Under the pieces are notes generated by a model. That model was not told the DNA's origin and searched no databases. It saw nothing but the letters and a program-made list of their open reading frames with translations. The translations under genes and the position numbers were made by a program. Below are positions 1-9,620 of a stretch of 64,000 nt of DNA, piece after piece. Each line of letters starts with the position of its first letter. Position 1 is the first letter of the stretch. The stretch is from the NCBI GenBank assembly GCA_016212095.1, contig JACRHH010000035.1, forward strand, positions 77,948-141,947, in the 5' to 3' direction. Source of the stretch: Nitrospirota bacterium. GTDB lineage: Bacteria; Nitrospirota; Thermodesulfovibrionia; SZUA-242.

Positions 1-399
<399 letters not shown>

Positions 400-407
400 G
401 GATACAT

Positions 408-1946
408 ATGCACGACGAAAGCATTCTGGTTCTGGATTTCGGCTCGCAGTACACGCAGCTCATAGCGCGGCGCATACGCGAGGGCAAGGTCTATTCCGAG
501 ATCATGCCGTTTAACACGCCGATGGAGAAGATCCGGGCGTTCAGCCCCAAGGGCATTATCCTTTCCGGCGGGCCGTCGAGCGTTTACGACGTGGAAGCGC
601 CGATGATCCCGCGAGAGATATTCGACCTGGGCGTGCCGGTGCTCGGCATCTGCTACGGGATGCAGCTCATCGCGCATCTCACGGGCGGCAAGGTGTCCGC
701 TGCCGCGAAGCGCGAGTATGGCAGGGCGGAGCTTTTCATCGACGACGAGAGCGACCTTCTTTGGGGCATCTCAAGCCCGTCTGTTGTCTGGATGAGCCAC
801 GGCGACAGCATCGAAAAACTGCCGTCCGGATTCAAGGGCATAGCCCACACAGATAACGCGCCGGTTGCCGCCATAGCCAACGCCGCAAGCCGCGTTTACG
901 CCATACAGTTTCATCCGGAGGTTGCGCATACCGACGAGGGCGTCCGCATTCTTAACAACTTCGTTCACAAGATATGCGGCTGTTCCGGCACGTGGGAAAT
1001 GGCCTCGTTCATCGAGTCGCAGATCAGGCATATCCGGGAGCAGACGGCTGGCGAAAAGGTTATCTGCGCGCTTTCGGGCGGCGTGGATTCATCCGTGGCG
1101 GCGGTGCTGGTGCATCGGGCCATCGGCGACCGCCTGACCTGCATATTCGTTGACAACGGCCTGATGCGAAAGGGCGAAGCCGAAAAGGTTGTGGAGACCT
1201 TCGACCGCCATTTTCACATGAAGCTCGTGCATGTTGAGGCGCGGGAAAGATTTCTTGCGAAGCTTGCCGGAGTAACCGATCCGGAGCAGAAGCGCAAGAT
1301 CATCGGGCGCGAGTTCATCGCGGTCTTCGAGGAAGAGGCCCGGAAGTTCGGCGACGCCGGATTTCTGGTGCAAGGCACGCTCTACCCGGACGTGATCGAG
1401 AGTGTCTCGTTCAAGGGGCCGTCAGCCGTGATCAAGTCGCATCACAACGTTGGCGGCCTGCCGGACATAATGAAGCTGAAACTGATCGAGCCGCTGCGGG
1501 AGCTGTTCAAGGACGAGGTTCGCGAGATGGGGCGCGAGCTCGATCTTACAGAGGAGATCTGCTGGCGCCAGCCGTTTCCTGGGCCGGGGCTTGCGATACG
1601 CTGCCTTGGCGAGGTTTCGGAGGAACGGCTTCAAATCCTGCGCGAGGCCGACTTCATTCTGCTTTCGGAAATCAAGAAGGCCGGGCTTTACCGGAGCATC
1701 TGGCAGTCTTTCGCGGTGATTCTGCCTGTGAAGGCAGTGGGGGTGATGGGCGATGAGCGAACGTATGAAAACGTGATCGCGCTTCGGGCTGTGACCAGCG
1801 TTGACGGCATGACAGCCGACTGGGCGAAAATTCCCTACGATGTGCTGGGCACGATCTCAAACCGCATCATCAACGAGGTGCGCGGCGTGAACCGTGTTGT
1901 TTTCGACATCACCAGCAAGCCGCCCGGAACTATCGAGTGGGAATGA
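408..1946 (+). CDS. guaA: GMP synthase (glutamine-hydrolysing)
   Basis: ATG at 408 opens [25 protein letters not shown] (class I amidotransferase), followed by the ATP-pyrophosphatase motif SGGVDSSV and the conserved C-terminus ...PPGTIEWE. Confidence 0.92.
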   Translation: MHDESILVLDFGSQYTQLIARRIREGKVYSEIMPFNTPMEKIRAFSPKGIILSGGPSSVYDVEAPMIPREIFDLGVPVLGICYGMQLIAHLTGGKVSAAAKREYGRAELFIDDESDLLWGISSPSVVWMSHGDSIEKLPSGFKGIAHTDNAPVAAIANAASRVYAIQFHPEVAHTDEGVRILNNFVHKICGCSGTWEMASFIESQIRHIREQTAGEKVICALSGGVDSSVAAVLVHRAIGDRLTCIFVDNGLMRKGEAEKVVETFDRHFHMKLVHVEARERFLAKLAGVTDPEQKRKIIGREFIAVFEEEARKFGDAGFLVQGTLYPDVIESVSFKGPSAVIKSHHNVGGLPDIMKLKLIEPLRELFKDEVREMGRELDLTEEICWRQPFPGPGLAIRCLGEVSEERLQILREADFILLSEIKKAGLYRSIWQSFAVILPVKAVGVMGDERTYENVIALRAVTSVDGMTADWAKIPYDVLGTISNRIINEVRGVNRVVFDITSKPPGTIEWE

Positions 1947-1956
1947 ATTATTTTAA

Positions 1957-2001
1957 AACCCCACCCATGCCCTCCCTTTCAGTGGAGGGGTTGGGGTGAG
2001 G
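1957..2001. repeat. GC-rich palindromic intergenic element (REP-like hairpin, probable terminator after guaA)
   Basis: accccaccc...CCCTCCCtttcagtGGAGGGG...ggggtgagg inverted repeats; related hairpins recur at 4542 and 6227. Confidence 0.4.
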
Positions 2002-2004
2002 TAA

Positions 2005-2748
2005 ATGGAAGAACGACTTCAAAAAATCCTTGCCGCAGCCGGAATAGCCTCGCGCCGCAAGGTCGAGGAGCTTATACGCGAGCACCGGGTAACGGTTAAC
2101 GGCAAGGTTGCCGAATTGGGCGACAAGGCCGATCCGCAGAAGGATCATATCAAGCTCGACGGCAAGCTGGTTACCTCCAGCGAGCCGAAGATCTATATCC
2201 TGATGAACAAGCCGCGCGGCGTTATAACGTCCGTCACCGATCCGGAGGGCCGCCCCACGGTTATGGACATGATTCCGGGCGTGAAGGTGCGCGTGTTTCC
2301 GGTTGGCCGGCTCGATTTTCATTCCGAGGGTCTTCTGATACTTACCAACGACGGCGAGCTTGCAAACAAGCTGATGCATCCGTCGTCGAAGCTGCCGAAA
2401 ACCTACATTGTGAAGGTGAAGGAGCCGCTTGGCGAGTCTGAAATAGAATTGCTGCGAAACGGCGTTTACCTTGACGACGGCAAGACCGCCCCGGCGGTTG
2501 TGAACAAGGTTAAACGCGCCACCGGCGAATGGATCGAGATTACAATTCACGAGGGCCGCAACAGGCAGGTGAGGCGCATGTTCGAACGCGTGGGGCATCT
2601 GCCGCAGCGCCTTAAGCGTGTGTCGATAGGCCCGATAAAAATTGGCAACATGAAGGCTAGCGAAACCAGAATAATGACCGAGGAAGAAGTCTCGGCGTTA
2701 AGAAAAGCTGTCGGAGCACAGCGAGCGGGGAGGAACAAGACAAAATGA
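2005..2748 (+). CDS. rluB: 23S rRNA pseudouridine synthase, RsuA/RluB family, with S4 domain
   Basis: [24 protein letters not shown] is an S4 RNA-binding N-terminus; the catalytic region [24 protein letters not shown] is present; RBS gaggt lies upstream. Confidence 0.85.
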   Translation: MEERLQKILAAAGIASRRKVEELIREHRVTVNGKVAELGDKADPQKDHIKLDGKLVTSSEPKIYILMNKPRGVITSVTDPEGRPTVMDMIPGVKVRVFPVGRLDFHSEGLLILTNDGELANKLMHPSSKLPKTYIVKVKEPLGESEIELLRNGVYLDDGKTAPAVVNKVKRATGEWIEITIHEGRNRQVRRMFERVGHLPQRLKRVSIGPIKIGNMKASETRIMTEEEVSALRKAVGAQRAGRNKTK

Positions 2749-4511
2749 AACGAACTCACACCTGCGGGGCGCTCCGCGTGGAGCATGTGGATCAGGAGGT
2801 CAAGCTTACCGGCTGGGCATGGCGAAGGCGCGACCACGGCGGCCTTGTTTTTGTGGATCTCCGCGACCGAACCGGCGTTGTGCAGGTTGTCATCAGCCCC
2901 GAAACCGCGCCCGAAGCCCACGCAGCCGCGCACGACGTGCGGAACGAGTTCGTGCTTCATATTACCGGAAGGGTGCGCCACCGGCCCGACGGAACCGAAA
3001 ATCCGGCGATAGCAACCGGGCTTGTGGAAGTTGAGGCGAGCGCGCTTGTTGTGCTGAACGAATCGAAGGCGCTTCCGTTTCTTATTGACGAGGGGCCGGA
3101 GCCGTCCGAATCGCTTCGCCTGAAGCACCGCTATCTTGATCTTCGCCGTCCGTCTGTGCAGAAGCGGCTTTTCATGCGAAGCGCTGTGGCGTCGGCCATC
3201 CGCCGGCATCTTGACGGCGAGGGATTTATCGAGGTTGAAACGCCGGTGCTGAACAAATCAACGCCGGAGGGCGCGCGCTATTATCTTGTGCCGAGCCGCG
3301 TGAATCCGGGCTGTTTTTTCGCGCTTCCGCAGTCGCCACAGCTTTTCAAGCAGATTCTGATGATCGCCGGTTTCGAGCGCTATTTCCAGATAGTTAAGTG
3401 CTTCCGCGACGAAGACCTCCGCGCCGACCGCCAGCCGGAATTCACGCAGGTGGATCTTGAGATGTCGTTTGTTGACGAAAACGACGTCATGGCCGTAACC
3501 GAGGGCATGATCCGCGAGGCGTTCAGAAGCGTTCACGGAATAGACGTGGGGGCGATTCCGCGCATGACGTTTCGCGACGCGATGGACAGGTTCGGCTCCG
3601 ACAAGCCCGACACCCGGTTCGCGCTCGAAATCCGCGACATGTGCGATCTTGCGGGCCAGAGCGGTTTCAAGGTTTTTCTCGACACCGTTTCCTCCGGCGG
3701 ACAGGTTCGCGCCATTTGCGTGCCCGGCATAACCGGATATTCCCGCAAAGAGATGGACACGCTAACCGCCGAGGCTCAGGGCTACGGGGCAAAAGGGCTT
3801 GCATGGATACGGGTGAAGGAGGGCGGCTTCGAGTCGCCGATAACCAAGTTCTTCACGCCCGAAATCCTTCAGGGCATGGCCGAGCGGCTTGACGCGTTCG
3901 AGGGCGACACGATGCTTTTCGTTGCCGACAGTCCTAAGATCGTGGCCGACACCCTTGGAAAACTGCGGCTTTCGCTTGGCGCGAGGCTTGGGCTGATTCC
4001 CGAAAAAACATTCAAGTTCCTTTGGGTTACTGACTTTCCTCTCCTTGAGTGGGATGAGGAGGAGAAGCGCTGGCAGGCAATGCACCATCCGTTCACCTCG
4101 CCCATGGAGGCGGACATGGCGAAATTCATGTCGGGCGAAGATATGGGATCGATCCGGGCGCGCGCATACGACCTTGTGCTGAACGGCTTCGAGATAGGCG
4201 GCGGAAGCATACGAATTCACCGCTCCGATGTTCAGAGCCGCATGTTCGAACTGCTCGGCATAGGAGATGAAGAGGCGCGGGCGAAGTTCGGGTTCATGCT
4301 CGATGCGCTGGAATTCGGCGCGCCGCCGCACGGCGGGCTTGCGCTGGGGCTCGACCGCCTCGTTATGCTCATGGCCGGAGCCGCGTCCATCCGCGACGTG
4401 ATTGCGTTTCCCAAGACTCAGAAGGCGGCATGTCCGCTAACGGATGCGCCTTCGCAGGTTGACGCGAAACAGTTGAAGGAGCTGCATCTTAAGCTGGCGA
4501 CGCTGGATTGA
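2745..4511 (+). CDS. aspS: aspartyl-tRNA synthetase
   Basis: 588 aa with an OB-fold N-terminus ([22 protein letters not shown]), class II motifs [18 protein letters not shown] and GGGSIRIHR, and C-terminal GLDRLVM; the ATGA start overlaps the rluB stop. Confidence 0.95.
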   Translation: MKRTHTCGALRVEHVDQEVKLTGWAWRRRDHGGLVFVDLRDRTGVVQVVISPETAPEAHAAAHDVRNEFVLHITGRVRHRPDGTENPAIATGLVEVEASALVVLNESKALPFLIDEGPEPSESLRLKHRYLDLRRPSVQKRLFMRSAVASAIRRHLDGEGFIEVETPVLNKSTPEGARYYLVPSRVNPGCFFALPQSPQLFKQILMIAGFERYFQIVKCFRDEDLRADRQPEFTQVDLEMSFVDENDVMAVTEGMIREAFRSVHGIDVGAIPRMTFRDAMDRFGSDKPDTRFALEIRDMCDLAGQSGFKVFLDTVSSGGQVRAICVPGITGYSRKEMDTLTAEAQGYGAKGLAWIRVKEGGFESPITKFFTPEILQGMAERLDAFEGDTMLFVADSPKIVADTLGKLRLSLGARLGLIPEKTFKFLWVTDFPLLEWDEEEKRWQAMHHPFTSPMEADMAKFMSGEDMGSIRARAYDLVLNGFEIGGGSIRIHRSDVQSRMFELLGIGDEEARAKFGFMLDALEFGAPPHGGLALGLDRLVMLMAGAASIRDVIAFPKTQKAACPLTDAPSQVDAKQLKELHLKLATLD

Positions 4512-4541
4512 GGTAAGAACTGCCCCTGACCTCACCCCCGG

Positions 4542-4564
4542 CCCCTCTCCTGAAGGAGAGGGGA
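4542..4564. repeat. REP-like hairpin (type A: CCCCTCTCC tgaa GGAGAGGGG)
   Basis: Perfect 9-bp inverted repeat; a similar CCCTCTCC ttca GGAGAGGG occurs at 6227. Confidence 0.5.
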
Positions 4565-4577
4565 GCAGAAAGAAACA

Positions 4578-4625
4578 CCTCCCCTTGCCCCGCTCAATGA
4601 GGTGGGTGGCGCAGCCGGGGGAGTT
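4578..4625. repeat. REP-like structured element (type B)
   Basis: cacCTCCCCttGCCCCgCTCAATgAGGtGGGTGGCGcAGCCGGGGGAG closely matches 34393-34442 (aCTCCCCCCaaGCCCCCCTCAATcAGGGGGGTGGCGaAGCCGGGGGGGAG); nested inverted repeats. Confidence 0.55.
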
Positions 4626-4685
4626 TTTAAGAGGACAGGACTGGCATCATTTACACAATAGGCGCACGGTATTAGAATTATCTGA

Positions 4686-6161
4686 ATGAAAAGATTTCTG
4701 GCAGTTTTACTGCTTGCGGCGGGAGTCGCGGGCGGGTTCTATGCCGGCACGCGCCACGCGAAGCGCTCGCCGGATCGTCTTTTTTCACCCCTCTCCGCAG
4801 TTGAAGCGCCGGAACAGCTTCGCGAGACGGGCCACGCATTTTCCGAGATCGTGAGGGCGGCAAGCCCTGCGGTTGTCAATCTCTCCACGGTCAAGGTTTT
4901 CGATCAGGCGGCGCGGCTTCAGCCGTTCATGAGCGAGCCGTTTTTCCGCGATTTCCTTGCTCCTCCCGGTCGCGGTTTCGGCGAGCGCCGCAGCTTCAAG
5001 GAGCAGAGCATGGGTTCGGGCGTGATCGTTTCCGCCGACGGTTACATACTTACAAACAGCCATGTCGTGGAGGATGTTGACGAGATAACGGTTACGCTCC
5101 ACGACCGCCGCGAATACCGGGCAGAAGTCGTCGGCGCCGACCCCAAGACCGATCTTGCCGTCATCCGGATTGCCAAGAAAGGGCTCTCCACCATCAAGTG
5201 GGGCGATTCCGACGGCCTTCAGGTTGGAGAATTCGTGCTTGCCATCGGCAGTCCGTTCGGGCTTGCCCGAACCGTTACCATGGGCATTATCAGCGCCACT
5301 GGCCGGGCCGATGTAGGAATCGCCGATTACGAGGATTTCATACAGACGGACGCGGCGATCAATCCGGGCAATTCGGGCGGGCCGCTTGTGAACATCCGCG
5401 GCGAGCTTGTGGGCATAAACACCGCGATCTTCTCGAAAAGCGGCGGCTATCAGGGCATAGGCTTCGCCGTTCCGGGCAACATGGCGAAAAGCGTTATGGA
5501 ACAGCTTGTGCGCGACGGACGGGTGAGCAGGGGCTGGCTTGGAGTGATAATTCAGGATGTGACACCCGGCATTGCCGCCGGTTTCGGGCTCTCCGATGTT
5601 CGCGGCGCGCTTGTTGGTGATGTGTCTGAGGGAAGCCCGGCGGAGCGTTCGGGGCTTCATCGTGGCGACATAGTGATCGAATTCGGAGGTAAAAAGGTGA
5701 GGGACGTTGCATCGTTTCGGAACATGGTTGCGTCCACCCCGGTTGGGCGGCATGTGCCTATGCTTGTCTGGCGAGACGGCAAACAGGCGCGCCTCGCTGT
5801 TGAGATAGTGGAACTTCCGACCGATTCCCGCGAACGCGAGCCGGTTTCACCGCGCAGGCACGAGCCTTCAAGCCCGAAGACCCCGCTCGGCATGAGCGTG
5901 ATCGGGCTTTCGCGCGATGTTGCCCGCCAGCTCGACATCGCGCCGGGAGAGCGCGGCGTGGTTGTGGCGCGCGTGGAGCCGGGCGGGCCTGCCGACGAGG
6001 CGGGGCTTCGCAAGGGAGACGTGATCCATGAAATCAATAGCGTTAAAATATCAGCCGTGCGAGACTTCGACCGCGCGCTTATGACCGTGCGAAGGGACAA
6101 ACCCGCGCTATTGTACGTCAGCCGGGCCGGGCGGCGGTTTTACGTGTCCATCACCGAATAA
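4686..6161 (+). CDS. htrA: periplasmic serine endoprotease DegP/HtrA with two PDZ domains
   Basis: Signal peptide, catalytic triad context (HVVEDVD, DLAVIRI, GNSGGPL), and two PDZ-like regions (GALVGDVSEGSPAERSGLHRGDIV and GVVVARVEPGGPADEAGLRKGDVI). Confidence 0.92.
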   Translation: MKRFLAVLLLAAGVAGGFYAGTRHAKRSPDRLFSPLSAVEAPEQLRETGHAFSEIVRAASPAVVNLSTVKVFDQAARLQPFMSEPFFRDFLAPPGRGFGERRSFKEQSMGSGVIVSADGYILTNSHVVEDVDEITVTLHDRREYRAEVVGADPKTDLAVIRIAKKGLSTIKWGDSDGLQVGEFVLAIGSPFGLARTVTMGIISATGRADVGIADYEDFIQTDAAINPGNSGGPLVNIRGELVGINTAIFSKSGGYQGIGFAVPGNMAKSVMEQLVRDGRVSRGWLGVIIQDVTPGIAAGFGLSDVRGALVGDVSEGSPAERSGLHRGDIVIEFGGKKVRDVASFRNMVASTPVGRHVPMLVWRDGKQARLAVEIVELPTDSREREPVSPRRHEPSSPKTPLGMSVIGLSRDVARQLDIAPGERGVVVARVEPGGPADEAGLRKGDVIHEINSVKISAVRDFDRALMTVRRDKPALLYVSRAGRRFYVSITE

Positions 6162-6202
6162 ACTATGGCACCGAATAAACTATGGCACCGAATAAACTAT
6201 GT
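6152..6202. repeat. 17-bp tandem repeat x3 (caccgaataaactatgg) spanning the htrA stop codon
   Basis: Units at 6152-6168 and 6169-6185 are identical; the third unit (6186-6202) differs only in its last base; the htrA TAA (6159-6161) lies within unit 1. Confidence 0.8.
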
Positions 6203-6226
6203 CACACGCGGTAAGCAACCATTTAA

Positions 6227-6247
6227 CCCTCTCCTTCAGGAGAGGGC
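6227..6247. repeat. REP-like hairpin (type A copy)
   Basis: CCCTCTCC ttca GGAGAGGG, flanked by ccattt/aaatgg. Confidence 0.5.
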
Positions 6248-6279
6248 AGGGTGCGGCAGGTGAAATGGGGGCATAACGG

Positions 6280-7281
6280 GTGGGGCTTCGCATCGGTTTT
6301 GTGATAGTCGCTTCGATCATCGGCCTTGTTGCTGGTGAGCTGAACGGGCGCATGTGGCTTGGCCTGATGCTTGCCCTCTGCGCTTCGGCAGCCGCGATAA
6401 ATCTGGAAATCATGCTCAGGCGCTTGAGCGTGTGGGCGTTCATCGGCTCAACAGCCGGACTGGCGCTCGGCTCGTTTGCGGCCTGGCTTGTGAGCTTTCC
6501 TCTTGCGGCCATTCCGGAGACCGACAGCCTTTACCTGGACGTCATCCTCTATCTGCTTCTTGGATACAGCGGTCTTGCGATCGGCCTTGCGCGCGGGCGC
6601 GATTTTTCGCTTTCGCGCTACATCCGGTTATTAACCGGCCAGACTGGCCAGACAGGACGAACCGGAAAGGCAGGACACACAGGCGGCGAAACGCTGAAGA
6701 TCGTTGACACAAGCGCGCTTATCGACGGGCGTATCGCCGATGTCTGTGAATCCGGATTCATCGAAGGGCCGTTTGTCGTGCCGCAGTTCGTGCTTCACGA
6801 GATGCAGCTTGTGGCCGATTCATCCGATCCGGTCAGGCGCGCGCGTGGACGGCACGGACTCGACATCCTCCAGCGCATGCGCAATATGGCGGGCATCGAT
6901 GTGCGGATAGCCGGGGAGGATTACCCCGGACTAAGCGAGGTGGACGACAAGCTGGTGGCGCTTGCAAGGTCGATGAACGGAAAGGTTCTGACAAACGATT
7001 TCAATCTGGGCAAGGTATGCGAGGTTCAGGACGTGCCGGTTTTGAACGTGAACGTTCTGGCAGGCGCGCTCAGGCCGGTGATGATTCCGGGCGAAACTAT
7101 GCCGGTTGCGATTGTGAAGGAAGGCAAGGAGCCGGGGCAGGGAGTGGCTTATCTGGACGACGGCACCATGGTTGTGGTTGAAAACGGGCGGGAACTGCTG
7201 GGCCGGACTGCTGATGTTTCCGTGACGAGCGTCATCCAGACCGCAGCCGGACGGATGATATTTGCGAAACTGAGGGACTGA
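6280..7281 (+). CDS. PIN and TRAM domain protein with N-terminal membrane segment (YacL-like)
   Basis: GTG start; about 110 aa of hydrophobic helices; a (GQT)n-like linker TGQTGQTGRTGKAGHTGG; a PIN-like region LKIVDTSALIDGRIADV...; C-terminal TRAM-like VAYLDDGTMVVVENG. Confidence 0.6.
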   Translation: MGLRIGFVIVASIIGLVAGELNGRMWLGLMLALCASAAAINLEIMLRRLSVWAFIGSTAGLALGSFAAWLVSFPLAAIPETDSLYLDVILYLLLGYSGLAIGLARGRDFSLSRYIRLLTGQTGQTGRTGKAGHTGGETLKIVDTSALIDGRIADVCESGFIEGPFVVPQFVLHEMQLVADSSDPVRRARGRHGLDILQRMRNMAGIDVRIAGEDYPGLSEVDDKLVALARSMNGKVLTNDFNLGKVCEVQDVPVLNVNVLAGALRPVMIPGETMPVAIVKEGKEPGQGVAYLDDGTMVVVENGRELLGRTADVSVTSVIQTAAGRMIFAKLRD

Positions 7282-7328
7282 ATATGTTGCTGACTATTTT
7301 GGGCAATACATAAAGGAGCATGACTTGC

Positions 7329-7826
7329 ATGGCAGACGATCATTCATTCGACATAGTTTCGAAGGTTGACCTTACCGAGGTTGAAAACGCGGTGAATCAG
7401 GCGCTAAAGGAGATTCTGGCGCGTTTCGATTTCAAGGGAACCAAAACCCGTATCGAGCTGGAAAAGGCGAAAAACGAGCTTGTCATCCTGTCGGACGACG
7501 AGTACAAGCTGAAAAACGTTATCGACGTGCTGAAAAACTGGCTTGCCAAGCGCAAGGTTCCGCTCATGGCGCTTCAGTTTGAAAAGGTTGAGCAGGCGCT
7601 GGCCGGAACTGTGCGCCAGACTGTGAAGTTGCAGCAGGGCATTGCGATGGAAAAGGCCAAGGAGATCGTCAAGGCGGTAAAGGACAGCAAGATGAAGGTG
7701 CAGAGCGAAATACAGAAGGATCAGGTGCGCGTGCGCGGCAAGAAGATCGACGACCTTCGGGCCGTGATGGACATGCTGAACGCAAAGGATTTCGGCATAC
7801 ACATGGAGTTTGTGAACTACCGGTAG
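7329..7826 (+). CDS. yajQ: YajQ family nucleotide-binding protein (UPF0234)
   Basis: MADDHSFDIVSKVDLTEVENAVNQALKEI matches the YajQ N-terminus; RBS aaaggag lies 9 nt upstream of the second ATG (7329). Confidence 0.85.
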   Translation: MADDHSFDIVSKVDLTEVENAVNQALKEILARFDFKGTKTRIELEKAKNELVILSDDEYKLKNVIDVLKNWLAKRKVPLMALQFEKVEQALAGTVRQTVKLQQGIAMEKAKEIVKAVKDSKMKVQSEIQKDQVRVRGKKIDDLRAVMDMLNAKDFGIHMEFVNYR

Positions 7827-7829
7827 CCG

Positions 7830-8351
7830 ATGTCTTCCGGCGAAGAGTACGTGGAGGTTGTGAGCGAGGACGGCGTGTCTGTCGGCATCGCGCTTCGCAG
7901 ATACGCGCATTCCGATCCGTCTATTCTTCACCGCGTGGTTCATGTGCTGGTGTTCAACGGCAAGGGCGAGCTGCTTCTTCAGAAACGCTCGATGAACAAG
8001 GACATCGGGCCGGGCCTATGGGATGTTTCGGTTGGCGGACATCTTGTTCCGGGTGAAACAGTTGCGGATGCGGCGCGGCGCGAGATGCGCGAGGAGCTCG
8101 GCATCGAATTCGCCGACATCAGGTTTTTGTACGAGCATATTTTCCGCAACGACGAGGAGAGCGAATTCGTATCGACATTCGAATGCGTTTACAACGGCGC
8201 GGTATTCCCGAACATCGAGGAGATCGACGAAGCCGCGTTTTTCAGCCTCGACCGGATAAACAGCCTGATCGGTGACAATATTACCGGCGAATACTTTTTT
8301 ACGGAGCATTTCGAGCATGAGATCATGCTCTATCAAGAACTTACAGGATGA
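7830..8351 (+). CDS. Nudix hydrolase
   Basis: Nudix box GGHLVPGETVADAARREMREELGI. Confidence 0.8.
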   Translation: MSSGEEYVEVVSEDGVSVGIALRRYAHSDPSILHRVVHVLVFNGKGELLLQKRSMNKDIGPGLWDVSVGGHLVPGETVADAARREMREELGIEFADIRFLYEHIFRNDEESEFVSTFECVYNGAVFPNIEEIDEAAFFSLDRINSLIGDNITGEYFFTEHFEHEIMLYQELTG

Positions 8352-8355
8352 CCAG

Positions 8356-8898
8356 ATGAAACCGAAATTCTTGAATTTAATCGTAGCTGCCGGGCTTCTG
8401 CTTGCGCTTGCATCCTGCCAGAAGGCGAGCCAGACCGATGCCCCGGCGACACCGGCGCTGGCGCGCGTGGCAACCGTGGGCCAACCCGCGCCCGACTTCA
8501 CGCTTCGCGACCTGCAGGGCGGTGTTCACAGGCTGTCGGCATTAAAGGGAAATGTTGTGTTCGTGAATTTCTGGGCCACGTGGTGTCCGCCGTGCCGCTC
8601 CGAAATGCCGGACATGCAGACGCTAAACAACGAGATGGCGGCGGCTGGAAAGCCGTTTCAGATGCTTGCGATTCTTTACAACACAGAACCGCAACTTGGC
8701 GCTAACTTCGTGACAAGGTACGGATACAAATTCCCGGTTCTGCTCGACCCGGCAAATGAGGCGTCGCAGGCCTACGGAATAACCGGCGTGCCTGAAACCT
8801 ACATTGTGGATAAAAACGGGATCCTGCGGGAAAAATTCCTTGGCCCGCTGCCGTGGAACAGCCCGGAGGCCAAGGCGATGCTGAACAAGTATATGTAA
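8356..8898 (+). CDS. TlpA/ResA-like thiol-disulfide oxidoreductase lipoprotein
   Basis: MKPKFLNLIVAAGLLLALASC lipobox; thioredoxin active site WATWCPPC. Confidence 0.85.
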   Translation: MKPKFLNLIVAAGLLLALASCQKASQTDAPATPALARVATVGQPAPDFTLRDLQGGVHRLSALKGNVVFVNFWATWCPPCRSEMPDMQTLNNEMAAAGKPFQMLAILYNTEPQLGANFVTRYGYKFPVLLDPANEASQAYGITGVPETYIVDKNGILREKFLGPLPWNSPEAKAMLNKYM

Positions 8899-8905
8899 AC
8901 GGCTG

Positions 8906-9310
8906 TTATAGTGTTTTCGGCGGCATGATTAGCGGTATCGCATCGCGGCCATGCCTTCGATATATCTCGAAGTCCGAATCGAGCGTGCAGACCGGCAGCT
9001 CCGAGATTTCCGACAGGCGGACAAGACAGGCATCCGCCAGCGACATCGGCAGGTTCCGGTAGCGGCTCATTAAAACGGAAATTTCCGGGGCCTCGGCATC
9101 TAGATGCAGTCCCACGCGCAGTATTCCGTCCCTGACTTTTTCAACAAGCCGCCATGGGGGAATGTTCTGCCGTGCCATCAGGAAGCAGGTTTCTGCAAGA
9201 ACCGGCTCGCATGTGATAACCGGGCCGATAAACGTGGAAAACTGCTCCACCGCCCACCTGTGCCGCGCCTCATTGGCGCAAAAATACGCCACCAGCGGCC
9301 CGGTGTCCAT
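8906..9310 (-). CDS. vapC: PIN-domain toxin (VapC-like)
   Basis: MDTGPLVAYF... carries the conserved PIN acidic residues (D in MDTG, E in CEPVLAE, D in LADACLV, D in LDSDF); the ORF track extends 30 aa upstream, but the ATG at 9310 fits the overlap with the antitoxin. Confidence 0.75.
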   Translation of the reverse strand: MDTGPLVAYFCANEARHRWAVEQFSTFIGPVITCEPVLAETCFLMARQNIPPWRLVEKVRDGILRVGLHLDAEAPEISVLMSRYRNLPMSLADACLVRLSEISELPVCTLDSDFEIYRRHGRDAIPLIMPPKTL

Positions 9311-9324
9311 CAAAACGCCCTTGG

Positions 9325-9579
9325 TCACCGTCCGAAATCTTCCAGATACTTCGGATTGGTGGCGTAATCCGGCGGAGCGTCTTCGGCTATGCCGCAACAA
9401 TCGCGCATGAGTTCGTGAAGCGACGGAGCGTAAGAGGGTGAAGCTTTTGGCGGCTCCGGCGACTCAAGCACACGGCGCAACCCGTCTTCAACCAAGTCCT
9501 TGAGTTTGCGGCCCCTGAGCGCGGCATCCGCCTTCGCCTTGCGGAATAATTCGTCGGGAATGTCGATTGTGGTTCTCAT
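9325..9579 (-). CDS. vapB: VapB-type antitoxin
   Basis: MRTTIDIPDELFRKAKADAALRGRKLKDLVEDGLRRVL is typical of a VapB/ribbon-type antitoxin; it lies immediately upstream of, and slightly overlaps, the PIN toxin. Confidence 0.7.
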   Translation of the reverse strand: MRTTIDIPDELFRKAKADAALRGRKLKDLVEDGLRRVLESPEPPKASPSYAPSLHELMRDCCGIAEDAPPDYATNPKYLEDFGR

Positions 9580-9580
9580 G

Positions 9581-9604
9581 AAGCATATTCGCACATTTAT
9601 GCTT
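9581..9604 (-). promoter_or_regulatory. Palindrome AAGCATA-N10-TATGCTT immediately upstream of vapB (candidate antitoxin operator)
   Basis: Perfect 7-bp inverted repeat abutting the vapB ATG. Confidence 0.3.
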
Positions 9605-9620
9605 TTTCGTCAAGCGGCGT

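Noticed and set aside
4785-5753. 322-aa minus-strand ORF
   Set aside because: It is fully antisense to the well-supported htrA gene and has no motifs; high-GC antisense artefact.
6160-6200. TGGCAC motifs as sigma-54 -24 elements
   Set aside because: The TGGCAC sits in each repeat unit, but no TTGC(A/T) -12 element follows at the required 5-nt spacing.
6152-6202. Possible CRISPR array
   Set aside because: Only three directly abutting 17-bp units with no spacers; no cas genes nearby.
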